A stretch of 64,000 bases of DNA from Minisyncoccota bacterium (GTDB taxonomy: Bacteria > Patescibacteriota > Minisyncoccia > Phycocordibacterales > CAJBRS01): assembly GCA_035652395.1 (NCBI GenBank), contig DASRDX010000009.1, forward strand, positions 62,642 through 126,641, given 5' to 3'. Shown here one piece after another: positions 1 through 9,149 of this stretch. The position numbers and the translations under genes were made by a program. The stretch's first letter is position 1; each line of letters starts with the position of its first letter. Below the pieces are notes generated by a model that made no database searches, was not told the DNA's origin, and saw only the letters and a program-made list of their open reading frames with translations.

Positions 1-681
1 AATACGACACCAGGCCATGATGGGGCGGTTTTAATTGAGAACAAGAAAATCAAAACTTTCGGACTTCATCTGCCTTTGGCCGAGGATTTTCGCGGTTTTA
101 AAAATATGGGCACCCGTCATCGAGCGGCCCTAGGTTTGGCGGAAAGATCGGATGCTTTAGTCATCGTTGTTTCCGAAGAACGCGGCATTGTATCAGTGGC
201 TGAAAATGGAGCCTTGCGAACAGTGACGGACGCCCCAAGCCTGCAGGGTATCGTCCGAAATTTTATGAAAGAGAATGTGCAGGAGAATCAGAGTTTTTGG
301 TATTACATTTTAGTCAATAACTTTTTTATCAAAATTCTGTCAGTTCTAATTTCTTTCGCTTTGTGGGTGCTTCTCGTATTTCAGGCCAATGTCGTAACTG
401 AAAGCTTGATTATTCCTCTTGAATTCAGTCACATTCCCTCAAACCTGATCGTTTCAAAAGTAATTCCGGCAGATGTTAATCTCTCCATCAGCGGCAATTC
501 ATCGGATCTCCATAATCTTAATCAGAATTCGGTGCGGATTGTAATTGACCTTACAAACGCTGCCGCCGGCACCAAGCAGGTGATCATTACCGGCGACAAT
601 ATTTCCATGCCTTCTTACATTACTTTGAACAACATTACGCCGAACAAGGTGTTGATTGGATTGCAGAAAGCGGGACCATAA
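1..681 (+). CDS. cdaA: Diadenylate cyclase (DAC domain) fused to a transmembrane segment and YbbR-like (CdaR-type) domain; 5' end lies outside the window
   Basis: Frame 1 is open from base 1. Translation HDGAVLIENKKIKTFGLHLPLAEDF...GTRHRAALGLAERSDALVIVVSEERGIVSVAENG matches the DAC signature (DGA, GTRHRAA, VVSEE-G). A hydrophobic helix and a beta-rich segment resembling a YbbR repeat follow. Confidence 0.75.
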   Translation, partial: NTTPGHDGAVLIENKKIKTFGLHLPLAEDFRGFKNMGTRHRAALGLAERSDALVIVVSEERGIVSVAENGALRTVTDAPSLQGIVRNFMKENVQENQSFWYYILVNNFFIKILSVLISFALWVLLVFQANVVTESLIIPLEFSHIPSNLIVSKVIPADVNLSISGNSSDLHNLNQNSVRIVIDLTNAAAGTKQVIITGDNISMPSYITLNNITPNKVLIGLQKAGP

Positions 682-790
682 AGAGACACTCCGATAAATT
701 TACTCTTTTAAAAGTCCTCGGATCTCCCGCTCCGTCATTTAAGGTGGTCCAGACTATTTAAAAGAGTAAATTTATCTTCGTTTAGGTGGG
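682..790. repeat. Conserved structured intergenic element, copy A (24-bp near-perfect stem 693-716/752-776 around a conserved 35-nt core)
   Basis: About 75% identical to 31273-31375. The core CTCGGATCTCCCGCTCCGTCATTTAAGGTGGTCCAGAC is conserved. The stem arms differ between copies but stay complementary. Both copies start directly after a plus-strand stop codon. Confidence 0.55.
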
Positions 791-798
791 AATCAAAT

Positions 799-1983
799 CT
801 ATTTTGTGTCTTTCAAAAGAAAGGCGTAACGCAAACCTACCAGCATGATTAAGCCAAGAACTAGAAAGACATACTGAAAATCAAAGAAAACTAACACAAG
901 TGAAGCAATAGCAGGTACAAAAATATACGGTAGATTTTTAGTCATACGAAAGAGGCCGATTAGATGAATGTTGGCGACACTGACCTGTTTGAAGAAATAA
1001 GATTCAGCCGATATTTCAATGAAGCTCGCCCCAATACGGGTAACAAATAAGAGGATGGTCCAGATGAGGAAATTAGCTTGACTGATGTAGGGAATCAGAA
1101 TGGTAGAGATAGCCACAATGATAAAACCCATAATCAGAATTTCTTGCTCGCCGTATTTTCTATCTTCGAGCCGCCCAAGCGGAATCTGGAAGAGGATAAA
1201 AGGCAGCAACATAATGCTGAACATTATGCCAATCTGCGGCCAGCTGAAACCAACATACTGGTGAAGATAAATAGGCATGTAAATACTCATCCAGGCGTAG
1301 AAGAAGTTCAGCAAAAAGTTATCGAATAATATATCGTAGACATTCGGATTATCCGTTAACTCCCGAGCTAGATTTTTGGAATTGGTTTCGTGATACACCT
1401 GATCCTTAAATTTGCGGAAATTTGCCGAGATAACATATAGAAGAGGAATGAGAAAGGCTGCACCGGCCAGATAGACTTTCCAGTATTCTGAATTAGTTAA
1501 AATCAGGCCGGCCACAAAAGGCACGACAATTGGCGGCAAATTAGTCATGGTCAGAAATATGCCGCGAATATTGCCGGTCTCTTCGTTACGAGAATAATTT
1601 TCCAGAAAAATGTCCAGATTAAAAATTAAGATTGGGTTAAGGGCTTGAGAAATAATGAACATGACCGCTATTAGATAAATATTTTGCCCATAGGCTAGCC
1701 CAATTAAACACAGAGCTTCAAGGAGAATTAAACCGATCATCAAGCGATAATTGCCGGTTCGGTTGAGAATCTTACCGATATTAAGAAAGATAAAAAGATT
1801 GGCGAAAGCGCCCAGACTATAAAGTAATCCCACCAGAGCTGTACTGCCGAAGTAGCTGACTAAATAAGCGGAATTAATGAAGTAAATAAAAAAGAAGTGA
1901 ATGGAGTAGAGGAGAGCGGAGACATAGATAAGCATGAAGATGCGAATGGTTTTGGGTTGATATACAACAGGTTCTTGGTCCAT
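799..1983 (-). CDS. MFS-type transporter (about 12 predicted TM helices)
   Basis: 394-aa ORF that is hydrophobic throughout, with repeated helix-loop pattern and charged loops (GRLEDRK) typical of major facilitator proteins. Confidence 0.65.
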   Translation of the reverse strand: MDQEPVVYQPKTIRIFMLIYVSALLYSIHFFFIYFINSAYLVSYFGSTALVGLLYSLGAFANLFIFLNIGKILNRTGNYRLMIGLILLEALCLIGLAYGQNIYLIAVMFIISQALNPILIFNLDIFLENYSRNEETGNIRGIFLTMTNLPPIVVPFVAGLILTNSEYWKVYLAGAAFLIPLLYVISANFRKFKDQVYHETNSKNLARELTDNPNVYDILFDNFLLNFFYAWMSIYMPIYLHQYVGFSWPQIGIMFSIMLLPFILFQIPLGRLEDRKYGEQEILIMGFIIVAISTILIPYISQANFLIWTILLFVTRIGASFIEISAESYFFKQVSVANIHLIGLFRMTKNLPYIFVPAIASLVLVFFDFQYVFLVLGLIMLVGLRYAFLLKDTK

Positions 1984-1996
1984 GAAATTATTTTAA

Positions 1997-2082
1997 CACG
2001 CCAGAGCTCTCACTTTGTTTGAGACCGCTCCAGGGGCGCTTGCCCGAGTCTTAGTCTCAAACAAAGTGAGAGCTCTGGCGTG
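1997..2082. repeat. Perfect 29-bp inverted repeat (arms 1997-2025 and 2054-2082, 28-nt spacer) between RNase J stop and MFS start
   Basis: CACGCCAGAGCTCTCACTTTGTTTGAGAC ... GTCTCAAACAAAGTGAGAGCTCTGGCGTG read directly. It sits 13 nt upstream of the MFS ATG on the minus strand. No clear U-tract follows on either strand. Confidence 0.6.
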
Positions 2083-2144
2083 CCCCACACCTTATGTCTC
2101 CAAAGAGGGAGGAGGGAGGAGGTTGCGCCTGCGGCGCAACCGCT

Positions 2145-4064
2145 CTAAACTCCCAAAAGTACCGGAATGACAATCGGCCGTTTAGCCGTTTTCTGAAAGA
2201 GAAATTTGCCGACCGCATCAGCGACGTTGTTTTTGACGTACTCGAAATTAATCGGATGCATGCCAGCAGTGTTTTCTTCAATAGTTTTTTTAATGACGAA
2301 ACGAGCTTGTCTTAATAAGTCTTGGGATTCACGCAGGTAAACAAAACCGCGAGAAATAATATCGGGAGATTTTTTCAATTTACCGGTTTGGGAATTAACG
2401 ATGGCAAAGACGATAAACATCCCATCCTGCGCCAGCATCTGCCGGTCGCGGATGACAACGTCCTGCATATCTCCAATGGCGAAACCGTCTACCATCACCG
2501 TTCCCGACGGCGCTTTTTCTTTTAAGGCCACAATCTTTTGACCCTTATCCTGAATTTCTACTACGGTACCATCATCCGGCACGATAATATTATTTTTTGG
2601 AATGCCCAGATTCTCCGCCACTTCAGCATGTAGTTTCAAGCGGTAATGGTTACCGTGAATAGGGATAAAGAATTTTGGACGGAGCTTCCGATGAAGCCAT
2701 TCAATTTCTCCACGATTGCCGTGACCGGTCGAGTGAATGTAGACGTCCGAAGTCTGAATGGAAATTATCTTGGCCCCGAGACGCGCCAGATTATCCTTTA
2801 ACTTTTCCACCGACCTTTCGTTGCCCGGCACAATGGAAGAGGATAGTAAGACGGTATCGCGTTCATTAATATGGAAGTGCTTGTGAGTTTTGGTGCCCAT
2901 GCGCATCAGAGCGGCAAATTCGTCGCCTTGAGCGCCGGTGGCCAGAACCACAATCTTATCCGGCGGATAATCGCCCATGTTTTGAGAGGAAATAACTGTG
3001 CCTTTTTTAATTTCCAGCATTTTAGCCTGCTCCAGAATATCAATATTATTTTTCATACTGCGGCCCTCAATTACCAGTTTTTTGCCATATTTCTCACAGG
3101 CTTCTATTACTTTCATCATGCGCAAAATATGAGAGGCAAACATTCCGATAATTAGACGCCCTTTAATAGTGCGGATGATTTCGTCCAGATTTTTATGGAC
3201 TTCTTCTTCCGGCGTAGAAAAACCCGGATTCTCAATATTGGTTGATTCGCCCAGAAAAAGCAGCACTTTTTCTTTGGCAAGTTCCGAATACTCTCGATCT
3301 TCCTCTTCTACCGGCTCTCCGTCTTTATGAGTTAATTTAAAATCTCCGGGGTTCACAATGAGACCATAAGGTGTTTCCACCACTACGCCCATTGAGTCGG
3401 GAATACTGTGAGTGACTCCGAAAAATCTCACAGACATGTTGCCGATTTTAATCCGGTCATTTTTTTCTACAATCTTGTAGTCAATGGGGGCTAAATGCGG
3501 AAACTCGGCCTGCCTTTTCTTAATCATGAAGGCGGTGAGGTTTCGAGTATAAAGTGGAGGATTGCCAATTTTGTCCATGATGTAGGGAATGCCGCCGATA
3601 TGATCGAGGTGACCGTGAGTAATGATGACGGCCCGAACTTTTTCCTTTCGCTCCTCCAGATATTTGGTGTTGGGCAGAATGTAATCAATGCCCGGAGTAT
3701 CTTCCTCCTTGAATTTAAAGCCGATATCAATGACGATAATGTCGCCATTAATTTCAATAACCGTCATGTTCTTGCCGATTTCTTCTACTCCGCCAAGCGG
3801 AATAATCCGGATATTTTCGCCGACAGGCGGAATTTTACCGGTTTCTTTTCGGCGTTCCATTTCAAGGGTGGGGCGCGTCGGCGCGAAGCGCCGACGCGGC
3901 ATTGATCTTTTTTTCTTGGCCATAGGTGCCTCCGGCACGGCATGATAGGTGCGAGAACGCCGTCGCGAAGAATGAGCATGATGCTCACCTGGGGCGACCT
4001 GTTTTTCCTGAACTTCTTTGATAGCTTCTTTCAGACTGTCTTTTTTTTCTTTTTCTTCTTTCAT
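2145..4064 (-). CDS. rnj: Ribonuclease J (beta-CASP metallo-beta-lactamase RNase) with a basic low-complexity N-terminal extension
   Basis: IRIIPLGGVEEIGKNMTVIEINGDIIVIDIG...HGHLDHIGGIPY matches the RNase J / MBL HxHxDH motif. An alternative later start is possible (MAKKKR or MERRKETG). Confidence 0.85.
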   Translation of the reverse strand: MKEEKEKKDSLKEAIKEVQEKQVAPGEHHAHSSRRRSRTYHAVPEAPMAKKKRSMPRRRFAPTRPTLEMERRKETGKIPPVGENIRIIPLGGVEEIGKNMTVIEINGDIIVIDIGFKFKEEDTPGIDYILPNTKYLEERKEKVRAVIITHGHLDHIGGIPYIMDKIGNPPLYTRNLTAFMIKKRQAEFPHLAPIDYKIVEKNDRIKIGNMSVRFFGVTHSIPDSMGVVVETPYGLIVNPGDFKLTHKDGEPVEEEDREYSELAKEKVLLFLGESTNIENPGFSTPEEEVHKNLDEIIRTIKGRLIIGMFASHILRMMKVIEACEKYGKKLVIEGRSMKNNIDILEQAKMLEIKKGTVISSQNMGDYPPDKIVVLATGAQGDEFAALMRMGTKTHKHFHINERDTVLLSSSIVPGNERSVEKLKDNLARLGAKIISIQTSDVYIHSTGHGNRGEIEWLHRKLRPKFFIPIHGNHYRLKLHAEVAENLGIPKNNIIVPDDGTVVEIQDKGQKIVALKEKAPSGTVMVDGFAIGDMQDVVIRDRQMLAQDGMFIVFAIVNSQTGKLKKSPDIISRGFVYLRESQDLLRQARFVIKKTIEENTAGMHPINFEYVKNNVADAVGKFLFQKTAKRPIVIPVLLGV

Positions 4065-4173
4065 TGTTAATACTGTAATAAATATTGAGTAATAAGATTA
4101 TATCGATAGGTAAAAAATAATTTGATAACGCAATGATCGGATTTTATATCATTAGGCATTACCTCATTACTTG

Positions 4174-5946
4174 TTATTTGTTAAAAATTTTCCAAACTCT
4201 TTCTTTTTCCAGATACCAATTTTCAATGCCCAAGAATCGGTCTGAAGAGTTGGTAATATTACCCACCTCGAAACCTCCAAGAGCTTTTGGCACCACGTAA
4301 ATAAAATCGGGAGTGTAAAGGAAAACTGCCGGCACATCTTTATCTATTTCCGTTTCAAATTTCTGATAATTGGTGACGGTCGTAGCCGGGTCAGAAGCCG
4401 CTCTGGCTGCCTCAAGCAACTTATCTACTCGGCTGTTGGTGTAAAGGGCGATATTTAACCCCGGTGCATTTCGTTCAGCCGAATCCCAGAAGCTGTAGAC
4501 ATCGAGGCCCGGTGGAATAATCTCTCCGAAAAGTAAGGCGTCATATTTGCGCGGCTGAATAACGTTTTGATTAAGATCGGCGGCCTCATAAATCTTAATA
4601 TCAACACTGGCTCCGAGATCCTGCCACATTTTCTGAACCAGATTAGCAGTTTTAACTAAATCTGGCGTATCAATAGTGGAGATAGTTAACTGGAGACGCT
4701 CTGTTTTCTTATTAGCGCTCTTCTGTAAGACGCCGTCTGTACCAGTGGCCCAACCATTGGAAGCGAGAAGTTTGCGGGCCTCCGCTAAGCCGCCACTTGA
4801 AACCGACGAGGAAGCGCTATCTGAAGTAGAGCTAGTAGCGGCCGGGAGCAGACTTGTTGGAATCGGTTCAGTTAGAGGTTCGGCGTAACCGTTAAAAACT
4901 TCTTTGACAATTTCCTCTCGATCAACTGACAGGCTCAGGGCTTTGCGAACTTCCTGATGTAACAGGACCGGATTTTGACTCTGGTTGAAAAAGATGCCGA
5001 AAACTCGCGGCAGAGTAGAGGTAGCGATAGCAGTTTTTCCGGAATGGATATAAGCGGCCTGATCTGGAGAAATACTGTTAATGTCCTGCACCTCGTTATT
5101 GTTGAAAGCGGTCAGCAAGTTGTTTTGATTGGTATAAATTCTGACAATGATGTCCTTAATGAAGGGCGCGCCACCAGCGTAATTTTTAAACGGCACTAAA
5201 TGATAATATTCTGGCAGACCTGAAGAATCAGTCTTAATGCTTTTAATCATGTATGGGCCGGAGCCGATCGGAGTGCGGTTGAGATCACTTAGAGTAAAAG
5301 AGTCGGCATCACCAGCTTCATTCCAGAGATGTTTCGGCAAGATGCCCAAAGTAGTATTTTGAAGAAAAGGCCCATAGGGTTTCTTTAAAGTAAATTTAAT
5401 TTCTTTCGGATTAATTACCTGAACCGTCACACCCTGCCAATTAGCTTCTCGAGGACTTTTAATGGTGGGATCTTCCACTTTTAAAACCGTAAATTGCACA
5501 TCGTCAGCGGTGACGGCTACGCCGTCCTGAAAAGTGGCATCTTTTCTCAAAATAAAATCGTAAGTCAGGCCGTCCGGAGAGACACTGTAGCTTTCGGCTA
5601 AATCAGGTACTAATTCGCCCGAAGCGGTGCGCTTCATTAAGCCCGAATAGATAAGTTGAGTCAGATCTCGCCCCGAATCATTGATGGCCAGAACCGGATT
5701 GATATAACGCGGATAGCCGACAACACCCTCTTCTAAAGTACCGCCTTTAGCTGGAATCTCTACCATAAAGGCGTTATTCACTTCATTCAAAAGTAGTAAG
5801 GCTGACAAGGCAAAGAGTCCGAAAAACGTATAAAAAACCAGTTTTTCCGCCAAACCAAAGGACTTAATGGCCAGACGCAATTTTTCCGTCTTGGGGATAC
5901 GCCACTTGTGAGGGCCGATTTTTTGAAAGGAGGTTTTTAAATTCAC
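4174..5946 (-). CDS. ABC transporter substrate-binding protein, family 5 (peptide/nickel type), membrane-anchored
   Basis: N-terminal TM anchor followed by EIPAKGGTLEEGVVGYPRYINP...DLAESYSVSPDGLTYDFILRKDATFQDG, resembling SBP_bac_5. Confidence 0.7.
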   Translation of the reverse strand: MNLKTSFQKIGPHKWRIPKTEKLRLAIKSFGLAEKLVFYTFFGLFALSALLLLNEVNNAFMVEIPAKGGTLEEGVVGYPRYINPVLAINDSGRDLTQLIYSGLMKRTASGELVPDLAESYSVSPDGLTYDFILRKDATFQDGVAVTADDVQFTVLKVEDPTIKSPREANWQGVTVQVINPKEIKFTLKKPYGPFLQNTTLGILPKHLWNEAGDADSFTLSDLNRTPIGSGPYMIKSIKTDSSGLPEYYHLVPFKNYAGGAPFIKDIIVRIYTNQNNLLTAFNNNEVQDINSISPDQAAYIHSGKTAIATSTLPRVFGIFFNQSQNPVLLHQEVRKALSLSVDREEIVKEVFNGYAEPLTEPIPTSLLPAATSSTSDSASSSVSSGGLAEARKLLASNGWATGTDGVLQKSANKKTERLQLTISTIDTPDLVKTANLVQKMWQDLGASVDIKIYEAADLNQNVIQPRKYDALLFGEIIPPGLDVYSFWDSAERNAPGLNIALYTNSRVDKLLEAARAASDPATTVTNYQKFETEIDKDVPAVFLYTPDFIYVVPKALGGFEVGNITNSSDRFLGIENWYLEKERVWKIFNK

Positions 5947-6010
5947 AACAAAAGATTAACTGAAAATAGAATAGACTTCCGGCTTGATGGGTTAAGTCGT
6001 TAAAGACTAA

Positions 6011-6241
6011 TTAAACAACCAAGGCCAGGAAGGCCGATAAAGCGAATAGAATAGATATGACAATAGTTGATATAAATAAAGTTCTCTCAAAACCGCGACG
6101 CGTGCGATGAACGGAACTGAAGTTATCACCACCAAAAGCGGCTCCGACGGAAGCGTCCGACTGTTGCAGCAAAATAGCGACGATTAACAGAATCGACAAA
6201 ACGATCTCAATATAGGGCAATATTCCGGAGAGAAACTGCAT
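6011..6241 (-). CDS. secG: Preprotein translocase subunit SecG
   Basis: 76 aa with two TM helices and the LLQQSDASVGAAFGG motif typical of SecG. Confidence 0.7.
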   Translation of the reverse strand: MQFLSGILPYIEIVLSILLIVAILLQQSDASVGAAFGGDNFSSVHRTRRGFERTLFISTIVISILFALSAFLALVV

Positions 6242-6278
6242 TTAAGCCAGTATACCAAGATCCGACCGATATGGCAAG

Positions 6279-6307
6279 TTGAAAATTAGTCCTAAATCTT
6301 CTATATT
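6279..6307 (+). promoter_or_regulatory. Sigma-70-like promoter for groES-groEL (TTGAAA-17-TATATT)
   Basis: TTGAAA at 6279-6284 and TATATT at 6302-6307 with a 17-nt spacer. The six-frame track used the -35 TTG as a start codon, so the 6279 start is unlikely. Confidence 0.5.
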
Positions 6308-6392
6308 AAAAAACTACTCAGACTGTTCGAATTCGGGCCAGAAGCTTAAGGCCCGCAAATTATTCTATTATCAATTTATTTCGCTAGAAAAT

Positions 6393-6737
6393 ATGCCAAA
6401 AGAAAAGAATCGAAAAAATGGAAATAACAGAGGAGAAAATTCCGTTAGAATCAAACCGCTTGGCGATAAGATTTTACTGCGCCCGATTAGTACCGAAGAA
6501 AAAAAATCCTCTTTCGGAATTATTATCCCCGAGACTGTCAGCAAGGAAAAACCGGAGCAGGGAAAAGTAGTGGCTGTCGGAGAAGGTAAATTTGATGAGA
6601 GCGGCAAGCTTATTTCGGTGCGGGTGAAAGTGGGCGACAGAGTCCTCTTCTCCAAATACGGTTATGATGAAATCAAGATCGACGATGAGGAGTATCTAAT
6701 TGTTTCAGAGAATCAGATTTTAGCAGTCATTAAGTAA
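6393..6737 (+). CDS. groES: Co-chaperonin GroES
   Basis: IKPLGDKILLRP...GKVVAVGEG...VGDRVLFSKYG...IVSENQILAVI is canonical GroES. The internal ATG at 6393 is downstream of the promoter. Confidence 0.9.
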   Translation: MPKEKNRKNGNNRGENSVRIKPLGDKILLRPISTEEKKSSFGIIIPETVSKEKPEQGKVVAVGEGKFDESGKLISVRVKVGDRVLFSKYGYDEIKIDDEEYLIVSENQILAVIK

Positions 6738-6748
6738 TCATTTAAAAT

Positions 6749-8401
6749 ATGGCCAAAAGAATTATATACAATGAGGAAGCTCGAAAACTTTTAAAAAATG
6801 GCGTTGATGCAGTAGCTAACGCCGTCAAAATTACTATTGGCCCGCGTGGCCGTAATGTGGTGTTGGACAAAGGTTACGGAGCGCCAACTATTACTAATGA
6901 TGGGGTTTCAATCGCCAAGGAGATCACTTTGGAAGATAAATTTGAAAACATGGGGGCGGAGATTATTAAAGAAGTGGCTACTAAAACTAACGAAACAGCC
7001 GGAGACGGTACCACCACTTCAGTTATTTTGGCCCAGTCTATTATTAATGAAGGAATGAGGCATACCACCATGGGAGTAAATGCCATGGCTCTTCGCTCCG
7101 GTATTGAGAAGGCGACTGCCGATGTGGTTAAGGCCCTCCAAAGCATTGCCAAACCGATTAAAAATAAGGAGGAAATCAGACAAGTTGCCACTATTTCCGC
7201 CGAATCAGCTGAAATTGGCAAGTACATTGCCGACACTATTGATAAGGTAGGGAAGGACGGAGTGGTAACGGTGGAAGAATCTCAGACTATTGGTATCGAT
7301 TCGGAAGTGGTGGAAGGTTTGGAATTTGATAAAGGTTATGTTTCGCCGTACCTCATCACTAATACCGAAAGAATGGAGGCGGAATATCGGGATCCAGCCA
7401 TTTTAATTACTGACAAGAAAATTTCTACGGTTAAGGAAATTTTACCGCTTCTCGAAAAACTGGCCCAGAGCGGTAAGAAAGATCTTGTTATTATTGCTGA
7501 AGACGTTGATGGTGAAGCACTGGCCACCTTCATTGTTAATAAACTGCGGGGCGGTTTCAATGTCTTGGCTGTTAAAGCGCCGGGGTATGGCGATCGTAAA
7601 AAAGAGCAGCTTGCTGACATTGCCATTACTGTCGGTGCGCAGGTGATTTCAGAGGAGCTTGGAGTAAAACTTGAAAATGCCGAGCTCAATATGCTTGGCC
7701 GCGCTAATCGAGTGGTAGCTACTAAAGATAATACGATTATTGTCGGCGGCAAAGGTAAGAAAGCTGATATTGAAAAGCGAGTTTCATCACTGAAGAAACA
7801 GCGCGAAGCCAGTGATTCCAGTTTTGATAAAGAGAAGCTCGAAGAGAGAATTGCCAAACTTTCCGGCGGGGTGGCTGTTATTCGAGTGGGGGCGGCCACG
7901 GAGACGGAAATGAAATATTTGAAATTGAAAATTGAAGATGCCGTCAACGCCACCAAAGCGGCCATCGCTGAAGGAATTGTGGCCGGAGGTGGAAGCGCTT
8001 TGGTGCGTGTGGCCGAGATGATTGGTCGCGGCCACAAAACCAACAGAGCGGCCGCGGCCTCAAACGCCGAAGCCGATCTAGGCTACAGCATTGTTATCCG
8101 AGCTCTCGAGGAGCCGCTTCGACAAATTGCTCTAAACTCTGGCAAGGACGACGGCTCGGTGATCGTGGAAAAAGTAAAAAGCGGCAAAGGTAATGCCGGC
8201 TACGATGCCATGAAGGATGAAATCGTGACCGATATGATAGCGGCCGGAATTATTGATCCGGTAAAGGTGACTCGAAGCGGTATTCAGAATGCCGCCAGTG
8301 CTGCCGCCATTCTCTTAACTACGGAAGTGGCCATAGCTGATCTGCCGGAAGAGAAGAAACCTGCCGCAGGGATGGGCGAGATGGGAGGAATGGGATACTA
8401 A
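6749..8401 (+). CDS. groEL: Chaperonin GroEL
   Basis: MAKRIIYNEEARKLLKNGVDAVANAVKITIGPRGRNVVL...AEGIVAGGG..., with a C-terminal GGMGY tail. Confidence 0.97.
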   Translation: MAKRIIYNEEARKLLKNGVDAVANAVKITIGPRGRNVVLDKGYGAPTITNDGVSIAKEITLEDKFENMGAEIIKEVATKTNETAGDGTTTSVILAQSIINEGMRHTTMGVNAMALRSGIEKATADVVKALQSIAKPIKNKEEIRQVATISAESAEIGKYIADTIDKVGKDGVVTVEESQTIGIDSEVVEGLEFDKGYVSPYLITNTERMEAEYRDPAILITDKKISTVKEILPLLEKLAQSGKKDLVIIAEDVDGEALATFIVNKLRGGFNVLAVKAPGYGDRKKEQLADIAITVGAQVISEELGVKLENAELNMLGRANRVVATKDNTIIVGGKGKKADIEKRVSSLKKQREASDSSFDKEKLEERIAKLSGGVAVIRVGAATETEMKYLKLKIEDAVNATKAAIAEGIVAGGGSALVRVAEMIGRGHKTNRAAAASNAEADLGYSIVIRALEEPLRQIALNSGKDDGSVIVEKVKSGKGNAGYDAMKDEIVTDMIAAGIIDPVKVTRSGIQNAASAAAILLTTEVAIADLPEEKKPAAGMGEMGGMGY

Positions 8402-8417
8402 AAGATTAAGAGGGAGA

Positions 8418-8450
8418 TTTAAAAGGGCCGCCGAAGGCGGCCCTTTTAAT
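8418..8450 (+). terminator. Intrinsic terminator after groEL
   Basis: GGGCCGCCGAAGGCGGCCC hairpin followed by TTTTAAT. Confidence 0.7.
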
Positions 8451-8489
8451 AACTCTCCATTCTCATAAAAATGCTATAATGACTTTCTT

Positions 8490-9140
8490 ATGAAAGAGGG
8501 AAGAAGCGGCTTTATGAGCATGGCCATTGGCCTAGTTCTCATCCTTATCGGATTCTCACTTTGGGAATACGTCGCTTTTACTTTGCAATCTAAGACTCCT
8601 TCTCTTACTGCCTCTTCCACTTCTTCAACTACCTCAAATCAAATTCAGATTGCCGGCTGGAAAACCTATCAGGATAATCAGGCTGGGTTTTCCATTCAGT
8701 ATCCGCCAGATTTTTCTTTGACCGAGGAACCGGGTCAGAGTGTTTCACTAGTAGCCCCAATCAAAAATTATTTTCATACAGTACTTGCGAATGAAGCCAG
8801 CCTGACTATCTTTGATGCCAGCTCCACCTGCCCGAAGCTTGAGGAAGAAACATATTCTTCTCCTACTAAATCAACCGTTTCTTCTCCCGCCGGCACATTT
8901 AGTAGAAGCAGCTGGGCCGGTGTGGGCGCTGGTCAACTCTACGATTCTGTTCACTACACCTTAATCAAGAACAACACCTGTTATTCAATGCTTCTCTTAA
9001 TTCATAGCACTAATGGCGCCGGTTTCTATTATTCGGACCCCGATCAAATTGCCGAAGTAGACGCTCAAGAAGCTAAAGATAAAAGTGCCTTTATGCAGAT
9101 TATGGATCGAGTCGTTTCAACTTTTTCCTTTACTAAATAA
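8490..9140 (+). CDS. Hypothetical membrane-anchored protein (N-terminal TM, Ser/Thr-rich linker, extracytoplasmic domain)
   Basis: ORF with TM helix MSMAIGLVLILIGFSL and an S/T-rich linker. It shares the motif W/YKxYQNxxxGFSxQYPxDFxLxE with the protein at 22900-23997. Confidence 0.5.
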   Translation: MKEGRSGFMSMAIGLVLILIGFSLWEYVAFTLQSKTPSLTASSTSSTTSNQIQIAGWKTYQDNQAGFSIQYPPDFSLTEEPGQSVSLVAPIKNYFHTVLANEASLTIFDASSTCPKLEEETYSSPTKSTVSSPAGTFSRSSWAGVGAGQLYDSVHYTLIKNNTCYSMLLLIHSTNGAGFYYSDPDQIAEVDAQEAKDKSAFMQIMDRVVSTFSFTK

Positions 9141-9149
9141 TCTTTAAAT

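Noticed and set aside
6300-6392. CIRCE (HrcA operator TTAGCACTC-N9-GAGTGCTAA) upstream of groES
   Set aside because: No match to the CIRCE consensus. Only a small hairpin CGGGCC...GGCCCG is present in the 5' UTR.
6837-8043. ORFs inside or antisense to groEL (6837-7058+, 6874-7236-, 7336-8043-, 7787-8035-)
   Set aside because: They are embedded in a near-certain GroEL coding sequence. The antisense translations are Ser/Ala/Pro-rich, typical of the reverse frame of a GC-biased gene.
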